From NCBI GenBank assembly GCA_038845975.1, contig JAWBQF010000042.1:1-17965 (forward strand): 17,965 nucleotides of DNA. The letters run 5' to 3'. Each line of letters opens with the position of its first letter. Within the stretch, counting starts at the first letter, position 1. A program made the translations under genes and the position numbers. The DNA is from Candidatus Methanomethylicia archaeon. GTDB taxonomy: Archaea > Thermoproteota > Methanomethylicia > CALHIW01. Positions 1 through 8,401 of the stretch are shown here, in pieces. The notes beneath the pieces are model-generated. The model saw only the letters and a program-made list of their open reading frames with translations. It searched no databases and was not told the DNA's origin.

Positions 1-594
1 TATTTTCGTTCATCTAGGATGGCTTCAGATATTCTAAGCTTATTGTTGTAGGAGTTATGCATCTATATTATCGTGGTTTATCTTAATCTTCTATTGATTT
101 TGATAGGAGGGATGTTAGGATCGTTATGGTTGATGATACTATTATTAATGTGGGGTCTATGAGTAAGATTGTTTATGTTGCATTCAAGCCATTATTGAGG
201 AGAATTCTCTACATATGGGTTTGCGATGTTGCAAATATACTTACATCTCTAACATTCCTTAAAAAGATTAAAACTACCTATGGTTCAAATATAATTGTAT
301 TAAGTGATGGAGCTCAATATTATAAAGCATCATGAGAATATTAAAATTAAAACATGAATTGTATAGTTTAGAGGTTAGAATTAATGGAGAGAATAATACA
401 GTATATAGGATAGAACTAAGCTATTCGATAATTATATACTGTGCATGAAGGATAAATGCGGTAATGAGCATTAATGCTTATGAAGTCGATAGCATAGCTA
501 AACGAAACATGGATAAGGAAAATAAAAGCTAAGAATTCATAGAAAACATAATACCAAAATAGAGGTAATAAAACATACTTAAGTTAACAAAGCC
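1..594 (+). mobile_element. Degenerate IS6-family element (3' part; frameshifted DDE transposase), left end outside window
   Basis: Joined frames read YFRSSRMASDILSLL / RSYASILSWF / IVMVDDTII...VYVAF...IVLSDGAQYYKA (ORF 126..335) / LMERIIQYI / DRTKLFDNYILC. This gives the D-D-E triad and C-terminal motif of archaeal IS6 transposases. CTTAAGTTAACAAAGCC at 578-594 (revcomp GGCTTTGTTAAC...) resembles an IS6 right TIR; its partner is not visible. Confidence 0.8.
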
Positions 595-639
595 GATAGA
601 ATGGAAGTAATAGTTTAGAAGCTATTAATATTAGTATTA

Positions 640-1170
640 TTAAAGTTTATAGAAATCTTGAACACTTGAGAAAGTAAGATTACATTAAATATTAGGATTC
701 TGGAAATGTCTGGAAGATTCATAAAGCATTATATAAAATTCACAAAGTAACTATTGATAAGTGGATAATAGGCCTAAAAGAAATAAACATTCATCAAAAT
801 CTAAGAAAGTTGATCTAGATGAAGCAGAATTAAGGCTAATGATGGGCAATATGGGTTTATGTAGGTATTAGAAATAAGTAATAGCTATAGGAACCTACCT
901 ATAAAACATTACGATAACAAAATTTATTAAAAGGTTTTAAACTTTGTAATGGAAAACCAGTATTCCTTACTGACAGTATGTTATGGTTCTCTAAACCTTT
1001 TGAAGAATTAAATTATCATATATTAGAGAAGCCTTTCAATGAAAGAAGCATAATAGAATTGTATACTAATCATTTAGTATGAATCATGATACTTTCAACT
1101 AATTTAACATAGATGATAGAGTAGCGGTTGAATGTTGGAGGCTATTCATACAATCTACAATATGAGAGAT
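640..1170 (+). pseudogene. Second, more decayed IS6-family transposase remnant (boundaries approximate)
   Basis: Fragments KIHKVTIDKWII (~735), KKVDLDEAEL (~803-832), IWVYVGI (~850) and KLCNGKPVFLTDSMLWFSKPFEELNYHILEKPFNERSIIELY (~940-1065) follow the IS6 order HTH, D, WVY, D, E. They are broken by stops and frameshifts; no TIRs recognised. Confidence 0.65.
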
Positions 1171-1194
1171 ACTAGCTGTTACATCTCTTAGAAA

Positions 1195-1312
1195 AATAGA
1201 AAATAATCATATTATTCCAGCATTAACCTCTAGCCAGGGGAAATATAAACTAATACAGATTATGTAATAGATTAATGATTATTTTCTATTAATAGTAATT
1301 GATAGAAAATAA
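1195..1312. repeat. Three-copy ATAGAAAATAA motif forming two alternative inverted repeats
   Basis: 1195-1210 AATAGAAAATAATCAT is the exact reverse complement of 1275-1290. 1279-1293 also pairs with 1298-1312 (14/15, 4-nt loop). Confidence 0.7.
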
Positions 1313-1320
1313 CTCAACTA

Positions 1321-1552
1321 AGTTTGTTTCATAGCTTCATTAATCTACAGTAATAAGCCTAAATTAAGCTTAAGTCATCATGTCTAATAACATAATGCTT
1401 TAAGAACTGCATCTACTAATACTCTAGAGTAGATAACTTATGTGATTTCTATTTTACTATCCTTTTAGTGTCTTCATAGCTGAAGAATTAATAGCATCTC
1501 TCACAATATTATAACTAAGTCTAAATGAATTTAGATGTGATGTTTTACTCAT
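1321..1552 (-). pseudogene. Possible remnant of a corrinoid (cobalamin-binding) protein N-terminal cap domain
   Basis: Frameshifted minus-strand fragments VRDAIN / FSYEDTKRIVK*KSHKLSTLE / LVDAVLKAL / LLL*INEAMKQ resemble the MttC/MtaC cap. It lies divergent from the MttB homologue. No DxHxxG motif found. Confidence 0.3.
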
Positions 1553-1560
1553 TAATTCAC

Positions 1561-1575
1561 GATATATTTATTTAT
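1561..1575 (+). promoter_or_regulatory. Candidate TATA box for the methyltransferase gene
   Basis: TATATTTATTTAT lies about 20-30 nt upstream of ATGs at 1587/1596, with no SD, consistent with a leaderless transcript. Confidence 0.4.
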
Positions 1576-1586
1576 TGCTAACATAG

Positions 1587-3023
1587 ATGTCAATTATGAG
1601 GATTAGGATTTTAAATCGTGGGGATATTTGTAGAATTGATGTAGCTACAATGGAGGTTCTGGAAAAGATTGGTATAAAGATATTTGAGGATGAGGCTTTA
1701 AGGATTATGAGAAGAATAGGTGTTGAAGTTGGAGATAATAAAACTGTTAGAATACCGGAGTATATTGTAAGAGAAGCTATTAAGAAAGCTCCAAGCTCCT
1801 TCATACTTTTCGGTAGGAAGCATAGATTAAAAATTGAGCCTGGTAATACTTATTTTTCAATGCAGGGTACTAGTATTCATATTCTAGATTTAGAAACAGG
1901 CTTACGTCGAGAACCTACTTTGAGAGACTTAGAGAATTTTTGTAGGCTTGCAGATGCCCTAGAAAATATTCATCACGTATCTATAGCTGTAGAGCCTAAA
2001 GATGTGAAGATAGAGTTACTGCATGTATATGAGTTGCTTACAATGTTTAGGAATACTACGAAGACTATTGATGGAAATACTTATGGAGGAAGAACTGCTA
2101 TGGATACTGTAAGGCTTACTAGTATTGTTGCTGGCGGTATAGAGGAGCTTATGAAGAAACCTATGCTTCTAGGATTTCATAATCCAGTAAGTCCTCTACA
2201 GCACTCTAAAGAGTTAACTGAGGGACTTATTGTCTATGCTAAGTATAGACAGCCAGTTATAATAGCTCCTGAAGCTCAAGCAGGAGCTACAGCACCAGCT
2301 ACCCTTGCAGGACTATTAGTACAGCAGAATGCTGAGGTTTTAAGTGGATTGGTTATAGCTGAGTTTACAAATCCAGGTACTCCAATACTTTATGGAACTG
2401 TTTCAGCCCCCCTAGATATGAGGACAGGTAACATAGCTCTTGGGGCTATAGAAACTGGATTAATAAATGCAGCAACAGCTGAAATAGCAAGCTACTATAA
2501 TCTACCAAGTCGAGGAACCGGAGGAGTAACAGACTCGAAAATACCCGATATACAGGCAGGAATAGAGAAAGCATTAACATTACTCATGGCTGCTATGGCT
2601 GGAATAAACTTCATATATGATGCTTCAGGATCTCTTGAATCTACATTAACAGCAAGCTATGAGCAGGCAGTAATCGACAATGAAATATGCGGTATGGTTA
2701 ATCGTGCCTTATGTGGAATTGAAGTTAATGATGAAACACTTGCTCTAGACGTTATAAGTGAAGTAGGTTCAGGAGGACATTACCTATCAAAAAAGCATAC
2801 TATAAAATACCTTAAGAGAGAATACTATATACCTAAAATAATTGATAGGGATAGAAGAGAGAAGTGGATAAGGATGGGAGGAAGAGATTTATGGAGGACT
2901 GCGCGTGAAGAAGCAATGAGAATACTAGCAGAACATAGACCGGAACCACTAGATAAAGATGTGGAGAATGAACTTGTAAAATTAGTTGGAGAGATGGAGA
3001 AGAAATTGACTAGGAACCATTAA
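1587..3023 (+). CDS. mttB: Trimethylamine methyltransferase (MttB) superfamily protein, non-pyrrolysine type
   Basis: 478 aa with family motifs NPVSPL, AGATAPATLAG, DMRTG, GAIETG, TDSKIPDIQAGIEK, EQAVIDNEI and GSGGHYL. No in-frame TAG; Val314 occupies the Pyl-equivalent position. The start could be 1596. Confidence 0.93.
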   Translation: MSIMRIRILNRGDICRIDVATMEVLEKIGIKIFEDEALRIMRRIGVEVGDNKTVRIPEYIVREAIKKAPSSFILFGRKHRLKIEPGNTYFSMQGTSIHILDLETGLRREPTLRDLENFCRLADALENIHHVSIAVEPKDVKIELLHVYELLTMFRNTTKTIDGNTYGGRTAMDTVRLTSIVAGGIEELMKKPMLLGFHNPVSPLQHSKELTEGLIVYAKYRQPVIIAPEAQAGATAPATLAGLLVQQNAEVLSGLVIAEFTNPGTPILYGTVSAPLDMRTGNIALGAIETGLINAATAEIASYYNLPSRGTGGVTDSKIPDIQAGIEKALTLLMAAMAGINFIYDASGSLESTLTASYEQAVIDNEICGMVNRALCGIEVNDETLALDVISEVGSGGHYLSKKHTIKYLKREYYIPKIIDRDRREKWIRMGGRDLWRTAREEAMRILAEHRPEPLDKDVENELVKLVGEMEKKLTRNH

Positions 3024-3051
3024 ATTTAAAGTTTATTAGTATCTATTCTTA

Positions 3052-3091
3052 AAATAGAAAACTATTAGAAATACGTAATAGTTTTCCATTT
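3052..3091. terminator. 16-bp-stem hairpin between convergent genes (candidate bidirectional terminator)
   Basis: AAATAGAAAACTATTA (3052-3067) pairs with TAATAGTTTTCCATTT (3076-3091), 15/16, 8-nt loop. It starts 29 nt after the mttB stop and is followed by T-rich runs. Confidence 0.5.
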
Positions 3092-3199
3092 AAACTATTT
3101 GTTTTCAAAAGTTTTAGATAATGCTTAATTTTTAAGTAGAATCTGAACTATGCTATGTTAACATGTATGTAGAACTGTTGAATATTGATGTGGTGATGG

Positions 3200-4507
3200 T
3201 TAAGATTTATTGCTTTGATGTAGTTTTCCTAGTGAGCTTAAACGTTTAATTTCTCCTCTTTCAATAAGTATTCTTACAGTTCTACTACTAATTAATTCCT
3301 CTAATTTATCTATTCTCTCCTTAATCTCCCTAAACTCTACTAGTGGTTGAACTGCTTTACCTATTTCTTGCGGTATTATCTTCCTGATAGGTACTGCTAG
3401 TTTTCTTATCGGGTACTCAATTATTTTAGGCTTATATTTACCTATAAGCTTCATATACATTTCACTATATGATTTGCCCCATGGCTTATTTTCCTCAATA
3501 TTAAATCCAAATCTATTAACTTTAAGAACTTCATATGGGCATGCATTAACACATGCTCCACAATATACACAGTATTCATCAGCAACTTTAATTCTTGATT
3601 CTGAAGGTATTCTCGCAGTATAGAATAGATTTAATGGGCATATGTTGAAGCAATTTTTACAGCCTGATGGATCGCATTTCTCAGGCTTAACAATTCTAAT
3701 CTCTCCTGTAAATGGCTTCTTAGTTTCTATTGCTTTTTGTGGACATTTATCCATGCATAAGCCACACCATATACAGCTATTAACATCTATTTTAACTTCC
3801 CCTTTAACTTTCGGTTTAGCTATTGTTCTTAAAGCTGACTTAAAGCATTTAACTGATATTGCTTCTGTAGGACATATTTCCCTACAGAGTTCACAGTAGT
3901 CACATTTATCTTCATCAATAAATATTCCATTAGCAATTTTAAATTCTGGTGGTGTAGGTTTATCTATCCATTCTATTTTGAATGCATTACATAGTATTTC
4001 ACATAATCCACAGTATATGCATTTATCTATGTCAATTCTTATTTCTCCACTAGCCCATATCTCCCCATCATATTTTACAAGATCCTCCTTTCGAGGAATC
4101 TCAATTTCTACCTTTAAAGCTCTTCTCGGACATGTTTTCTCACATATTAAGCATGGTTTACACTTTGACGAATCTATGCTTATTGATCCGCTAATTCTTG
4201 GGGTTTTAAATGTTTCTTCAGTATTAAACTTTAATGCATTAAATATACATACTGATGCGCCGACTGGACATACAATACATTTAGTTTCATCAATAATTAT
4301 CTGTGGAGCTTCAAGCTTCTTTGCTGCTATATCTCTTATTGGACCCAATGTTATTGCTTCAACTGGACATACAATACTACATAATCCACATCCAACACAT
4401 CTATCCATACTGAATTTTATGTTTTTTGTAAGCATTGTATATTTTGAAGTGTATGTTAACGTACTATTTACTATCTCGACATTTACTTGCGGCTTTTCAA
4501 TACTCAA
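3200..4507 (-). CDS. fwdF: Polyferredoxin, FwdF/FmdF-like (8 ferredoxin-type [4Fe-4S] motifs)
   Basis: Six CxxCxxCxxxC motifs, one CDPSGCxxCxxxCP variant and one degenerate CxxCxxGxxxC. The TTG start overlaps the hdrA TGA (TTGA), with an AGGTGA SD at 4515-4520. It has a C-terminal charged, probably helical extension. Confidence 0.82.
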   Translation of the reverse strand: MSIEKPQVNVEIVNSTLTYTSKYTMLTKNIKFSMDRCVGCGLCSIVCPVEAITLGPIRDIAAKKLEAPQIIIDETKCIVCPVGASVCIFNALKFNTEETFKTPRISGSISIDSSKCKPCLICEKTCPRRALKVEIEIPRKEDLVKYDGEIWASGEIRIDIDKCIYCGLCEILCNAFKIEWIDKPTPPEFKIANGIFIDEDKCDYCELCREICPTEAISVKCFKSALRTIAKPKVKGEVKIDVNSCIWCGLCMDKCPQKAIETKKPFTGEIRIVKPEKCDPSGCKNCFNICPLNLFYTARIPSESRIKVADEYCVYCGACVNACPYEVLKVNRFGFNIEENKPWGKSYSEMYMKLIGKYKPKIIEYPIRKLAVPIRKIIPQEIGKAVQPLVEFREIKERIDKLEELISSRTVRILIERGEIKRLSSLGKLHQSNKS

Positions 4508-6864
4508 TGAGTTGTCACCTTTACAAGTTCGCTTCCAATAGGTCCTACTTTACTAATTCTATCTACGAAGTCTGTAATGATTTTAGCTAGCTTACCCCCC
4601 TCAGAAGCACTTACACCCGTTATTTCAACTCTACCTGGATTAACTTCATATTTCTCCAATAATTCCTTTAATGACTTTATTCTCCTATTGGCTTTAACTC
4701 TACCTGTTCTATAGTGGCAGTCCTGTTCTCTACATCCAATAATTAGAACTCCATCAGCTCCCATTTTAAGAGCCCAAACTACATGTTTAGGACTAACTCT
4801 ACCTGAACATTCAACTCTAACTACTCTAATATTTGTTGGATATGGTATCTTGTTAATTCCCGCATTATCTGCAGCTGCATAGCCACACCATCTACATAGG
4901 AATCCTATAATTAATGGATAGTCCTTTTTCTCCTTAAATACTGCTTTAAGCATTAAGTATATTTGTTCATCAGTTGGTTTTTTAGGCGATTTTATTGCTC
5001 CTACTGGACATGCAGCTATACATACACCACACCCAGTACATGCAGTTTCATTAACTAATACTTCTTTAGATATTAGTTTTAAGGCTTTATAGTCGCATGC
5101 TTGTACACATAACCCACATTTTAAGCATTTATCCTTATCTACTTCAGGTGCAATAACCTCCACTTCTACTTCACCAGAATGTAGGAATTGAGCTGCTTTA
5201 CTTGCTGCTAATCCTGCTTGAAGAGTAGATTCAGTAATGTCTTTAGGTCCACTGCATGCCCCAGCTAGATATATACCGCTTCTAAAAGTATCTGATGGTT
5301 TGAGTTTGGGATGATACTCTGTAAAGAAGCCATATTCATCTAGCTGTAATCCAAGCATGTTTGCAAGCCTTCTATTATCTGGATCTGGATCCATACCTAT
5401 ACTTAAAACTACTAGGTCGAATAGTTCTCTCTCTACTTTTCCCTCTAGAGTATCCTCATAGGTAAGTTTTAGCTTTCCGGATTTATCTCTCTCTACACTA
5501 CTTATCCTTCCCCTCACAAATTTTACTCCTGCTTCAAGTGCTCTTCTATATGCTTCTTCATGCATTTTACCTGAAGCTCTAATATCAGTATAGAAGACTG
5601 TTATATCTATTTCTGGATTAATTATTTTTGTTTCAAGAGCATGCTTTATCGTATACATACAGCATATCTTACTACAGTATGGTCTACCTAGTCTTTCACT
5701 TCTACTACCTACACATAGTATGAATGCTATTTTCCTTACTTCACCACTATCTGATGGCTTAACTATTCTACCTTTTGTAGGTCCATTACAGTTAAGCATT
5801 CTATCATATTCGGCTCCTGTAATAACATCTAGGAATCTTCCATAGCCATACTCCTCGATTTCTCTTGGATTATATGGTTTAAATCCTGTTGCAACAATTA
5901 TTGCTCCTACACTTAAGGTTATTTCTCTATCTATATCTTTAAAGTTTACTGCCTTAGGATCGCATACTCCAATACAATTCATACATCCAATACAATTTTC
6001 AATATCAATATATGGTGCAACAGGTACTGTTTGAGGTTCTGGTTTAACTATGGCCTTTCTCATATTTACTCCATATTCATACTCATTCGGGAGCTCTACT
6101 GGGCAAACTTCTAAACACTTATTACATCCATTACATGCTGTTTCATCTATATATCTTGCTTTCCTTCTAATCTTCACCACATAGTCTCCAGGTACTCCTG
6201 AAACATCAACTACTTCACTTAAAGTATATATTTTAATGTTTGGATGATTGTAGGCTTGAGAGAGTAACGGCCCAAGAATACATATGCTACAGTCTAGCGT
6301 TGGAAATACTTTATCCCATTTAGCCATATGACCACCTAGAAAACCAGATTTTTCAACTAGGAATACCTTAATACCAGTATCTGCTAGATTTAATGCTGCA
6401 TTAATACCTGCTACACCACCACCTATAATAAGAACTGATCTTTCAGTAGGTCTTCTAATAATATTGATTGGTTTAGCTTCTCTAACAGCTTCTAAAGCCA
6501 TTAATATATGGTCTAAAGCTTTTAATGTAGCTTTACCTGGATTATACCAGTGAACCCAACTAGCCTGCTCCCTAATGTTTGCTATTTCAATAAATCCTCT
6601 ATTCAAACCATATTTTTCAGCGTTTTTCTTGAAGAGTTCTTCGTGAAGACTCGGAGTACATGCAGCTATAACAATTCTTGAAGTTCCATCCTTAGCTATT
6701 ATCTCCCCCATTTTCTTTAGTCCATCCTCACTACACCAATGCTCATTATCATATACTAGAATATCTCCATATATCCTCTTAACATCATTTTTAAGCTTTT
6801 CAATATCTATAACGCCTTTAATATTTGTACCGCAATGACAGATTAAACATGCAGTTCTATTCAT
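4504..6864 (-). CDS. hdrA: Heterodisulfide reductase subunit A fused to a C-terminal MvhD ([2Fe-2S]) domain
   Basis: CHCGTNI, AACTP, GGGVAG FAD motif, KVFPTLDCSICI, inserted 2x[4Fe-4S], CVGSR...CSKICC, GPKDI and C-terminal 2x[4Fe-4S]. MvhD motifs follow: FLCRWCGYAAAD, CSGRV, GCREQDCHY. AGGTGG SD at 6869-6874. Confidence 0.95.
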   Translation of the reverse strand: MNRTACLICHCGTNIKGVIDIEKLKNDVKRIYGDILVYDNEHWCSEDGLKKMGEIIAKDGTSRIVIAACTPSLHEELFKKNAEKYGLNRGFIEIANIREQASWVHWYNPGKATLKALDHILMALEAVREAKPINIIRRPTERSVLIIGGGVAGINAALNLADTGIKVFLVEKSGFLGGHMAKWDKVFPTLDCSICILGPLLSQAYNHPNIKIYTLSEVVDVSGVPGDYVVKIRRKARYIDETACNGCNKCLEVCPVELPNEYEYGVNMRKAIVKPEPQTVPVAPYIDIENCIGCMNCIGVCDPKAVNFKDIDREITLSVGAIIVATGFKPYNPREIEEYGYGRFLDVITGAEYDRMLNCNGPTKGRIVKPSDSGEVRKIAFILCVGSRSERLGRPYCSKICCMYTIKHALETKIINPEIDITVFYTDIRASGKMHEEAYRRALEAGVKFVRGRISSVERDKSGKLKLTYEDTLEGKVERELFDLVVLSIGMDPDPDNRRLANMLGLQLDEYGFFTEYHPKLKPSDTFRSGIYLAGACSGPKDITESTLQAGLAASKAAQFLHSGEVEVEVIAPEVDKDKCLKCGLCVQACDYKALKLISKEVLVNETACTGCGVCIAACPVGAIKSPKKPTDEQIYLMLKAVFKEKKDYPLIIGFLCRWCGYAAADNAGINKIPYPTNIRVVRVECSGRVSPKHVVWALKMGADGVLIIGCREQDCHYRTGRVKANRRIKSLKELLEKYEVNPGRVEITGVSASEGGKLAKIITDFVDRISKVGPIGSELVKVTTH

Positions 6865-6872
6865 TCAACCAC

Positions 6873-8156
6873 CTACAAGTATTCTAGTAGCTTCCTAAGA
6901 AATTCCTCCTCATGAATAGTGTTTTCTCTTTCATCTATGATTTTCTCTAGCTTAGTAGGTACACCGTCCGAGCGTATAACTTCCCCACTAGCTTCAACTC
7001 CTAGAATCGATAATGGAACCCTTATTTGGCTTCTACTTGAAGCTACTGTTTCTCTATAATCTAATATTATTGTTTTACTAAACGGTATTTTTCTTGAAGC
7101 ACTTAACGGTAGATGTGTTGTAGGATCTGTTTTAACAAGGAGAACTGCATCAAAATCCCCTCTTAAAAGTCCTCCGTAAGCACTTGTAGAAACAGGATTA
7201 TATTCAATACTTCCATTACTAAACTTTAATGCATGACTATACTTATAGAGTTTATATGGGATCTGCGCTGCCCCCATTGAGTTGATTCTTTCAGCTATTG
7301 GAGTTAATGTAATTCTTTTACTAGCTCCTATTTTTCTTAGAATGTTTACAATTGAAAGTATTGTATCGTTAACATTACCGTTAAGTATTAAGCCGTGACC
7401 TATGAAGAATGCAATATATCTTGCCCTTTTAATATCATTGATTAGAGATGAGGCTGCTCCTGTGTACCTACTAGTCTTTAACGGTTTTCCATCATATATT
7501 CTATCTAAACTCTCAGTAAATTCAACATCTCCACCTAAATCGATTTTTATTTGGTGTTGAGCGATCTTCATAGTCCAGCTATTCCTAACATCTACTACAG
7601 CAACAATTCTATTTTCTCTTCCAAGTGGAACACTATTTCCTCTAGGCATTACTGAATATCTGCTTGCATGTCTTAGATTAGTTTCAGCTGGGTTTGCAGC
7701 CCAGAAAACAATCATGTCTGCATTATCCAATACATCTTCAAAAACACCTAACTCAATATCTCCACTGGCTATTAAGGGCATTAATGGCTGACATATACTT
7801 GGAGGCGTATCAAATATTCCATTAACCTTCTCTGCAACTTTTAATCCAAGCTCTATAGCTTTATTGGAACATTCATCAAACCCATATATTAAAGGTTTAC
7901 TAGATGATGAAAGAATTTCAGCAGATTTCCTAACAGTTTCTTCAAGATCTACGTTTTTCAACCCAATAGTGAAACCTCTTAACCTACTATCCATGCTATA
8001 TGTTTTAATTGCTTGATAGCCATGACTACATGCCCCCTCAACAACCCTTACTTCTCCATTACTGATTTTAACAACTAAGTCATTACATAATAAGGAGCAT
8101 CCTGGACAAACAACTTCTTCTAAAACAGTGTTCTCTAAATAGCTTTTTAAGGACAT
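6873..8156 (-). CDS. fwdB: Formylmethanofuran dehydrogenase subunit B-like Mo/W-bisPGD family protein, divergent active site
   Basis: Colinear with FwdB: VVCPGCSLLCND...AC [4Fe-4S] motif, KPLIYG, ADMIVFW..NP....RH.SR, VVDVR, YNP, DP..HLP, GVEASG...R.DGVP. ATG 8156 is preferred over GTG 8162 because a GGTG SD lies upstream. Confidence 0.88.
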   Translation of the reverse strand: MSLKSYLENTVLEEVVCPGCSLLCNDLVVKISNGEVRVVEGACSHGYQAIKTYSMDSRLRGFTIGLKNVDLEETVRKSAEILSSSSKPLIYGFDECSNKAIELGLKVAEKVNGIFDTPPSICQPLMPLIASGDIELGVFEDVLDNADMIVFWAANPAETNLRHASRYSVMPRGNSVPLGRENRIVAVVDVRNSWTMKIAQHQIKIDLGGDVEFTESLDRIYDGKPLKTSRYTGAASSLINDIKRARYIAFFIGHGLILNGNVNDTILSIVNILRKIGASKRITLTPIAERINSMGAAQIPYKLYKYSHALKFSNGSIEYNPVSTSAYGGLLRGDFDAVLLVKTDPTTHLPLSASRKIPFSKTIILDYRETVASSRSQIRVPLSILGVEASGEVIRSDGVPTKLEKIIDERENTIHEEEFLRKLLEYL

Positions 8157-8342
8157 ATACACACCAATTATAAAACTTAACTAATATATTTTTCCAACAC
8201 TATCAATATAACGCTGTTTAGCTAATATTTAAACCTTATGATGTTAAATAGTAATTCAACTACATATATAAAGCATATACAGATATTAGGGGAAGTTAAT
8301 TTAGACGGATTCAATAATATATGTTAGCTAAGCGAACCACTA

Positions 8343-8393
8343 TACTAGTCTAGACTTTACATGTTAGATAGATTTATATAGTATAGACTAGTA
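8343..8393 (+). promoter_or_regulatory. Nitroreductase TATA box (TTTATATA, 8373-8380) bracketed by a 13/14-bp inverted repeat
   Basis: The TATA ends 22 nt before ATG 8402. TACTAGTCTAGACT (8343-8356) pairs with AGTATAGACTAGTA (8380-8393). Confidence 0.5.
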
Positions 8394-8401
8394 AACCTGA
8401 T

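Noticed and set aside
1530-1540. TTTAGATGTGA shared with 10475-10485
   Set aside because: An 11-bp AT-rich match is expected by chance, and the orientation relative to the genes differs.
1568-1804. 78-aa minus-strand ORF
   Set aside because: Antisense shadow of the methyltransferase gene; no motifs.
3642-4541. His-rich plus-strand ORFs 3642..3899 and 3978..4541
   Set aside because: Antisense to the polyferredoxin; the His periodicity mirrors its Cys motifs.
4504-4930. HdrA-MvhD fusion as a novelty in itself
   Set aside because: Such fusions are already known in several archaeal and bacterial lineages.
6550-6580. HdrA IREQASWVH instead of IREQCSWVH
   Set aside because: This Cys is not invariant in HdrA as I recall (EHDSWVH variants exist), so it is not diagnostic.
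1587-8156. Pyrrolysine or selenocysteine recoding in mttB, hdrA/mvhD or fwdB
   Set aside because: All are full-length with no in-frame TAG or TGA; the relevant positions are Val or Cys.
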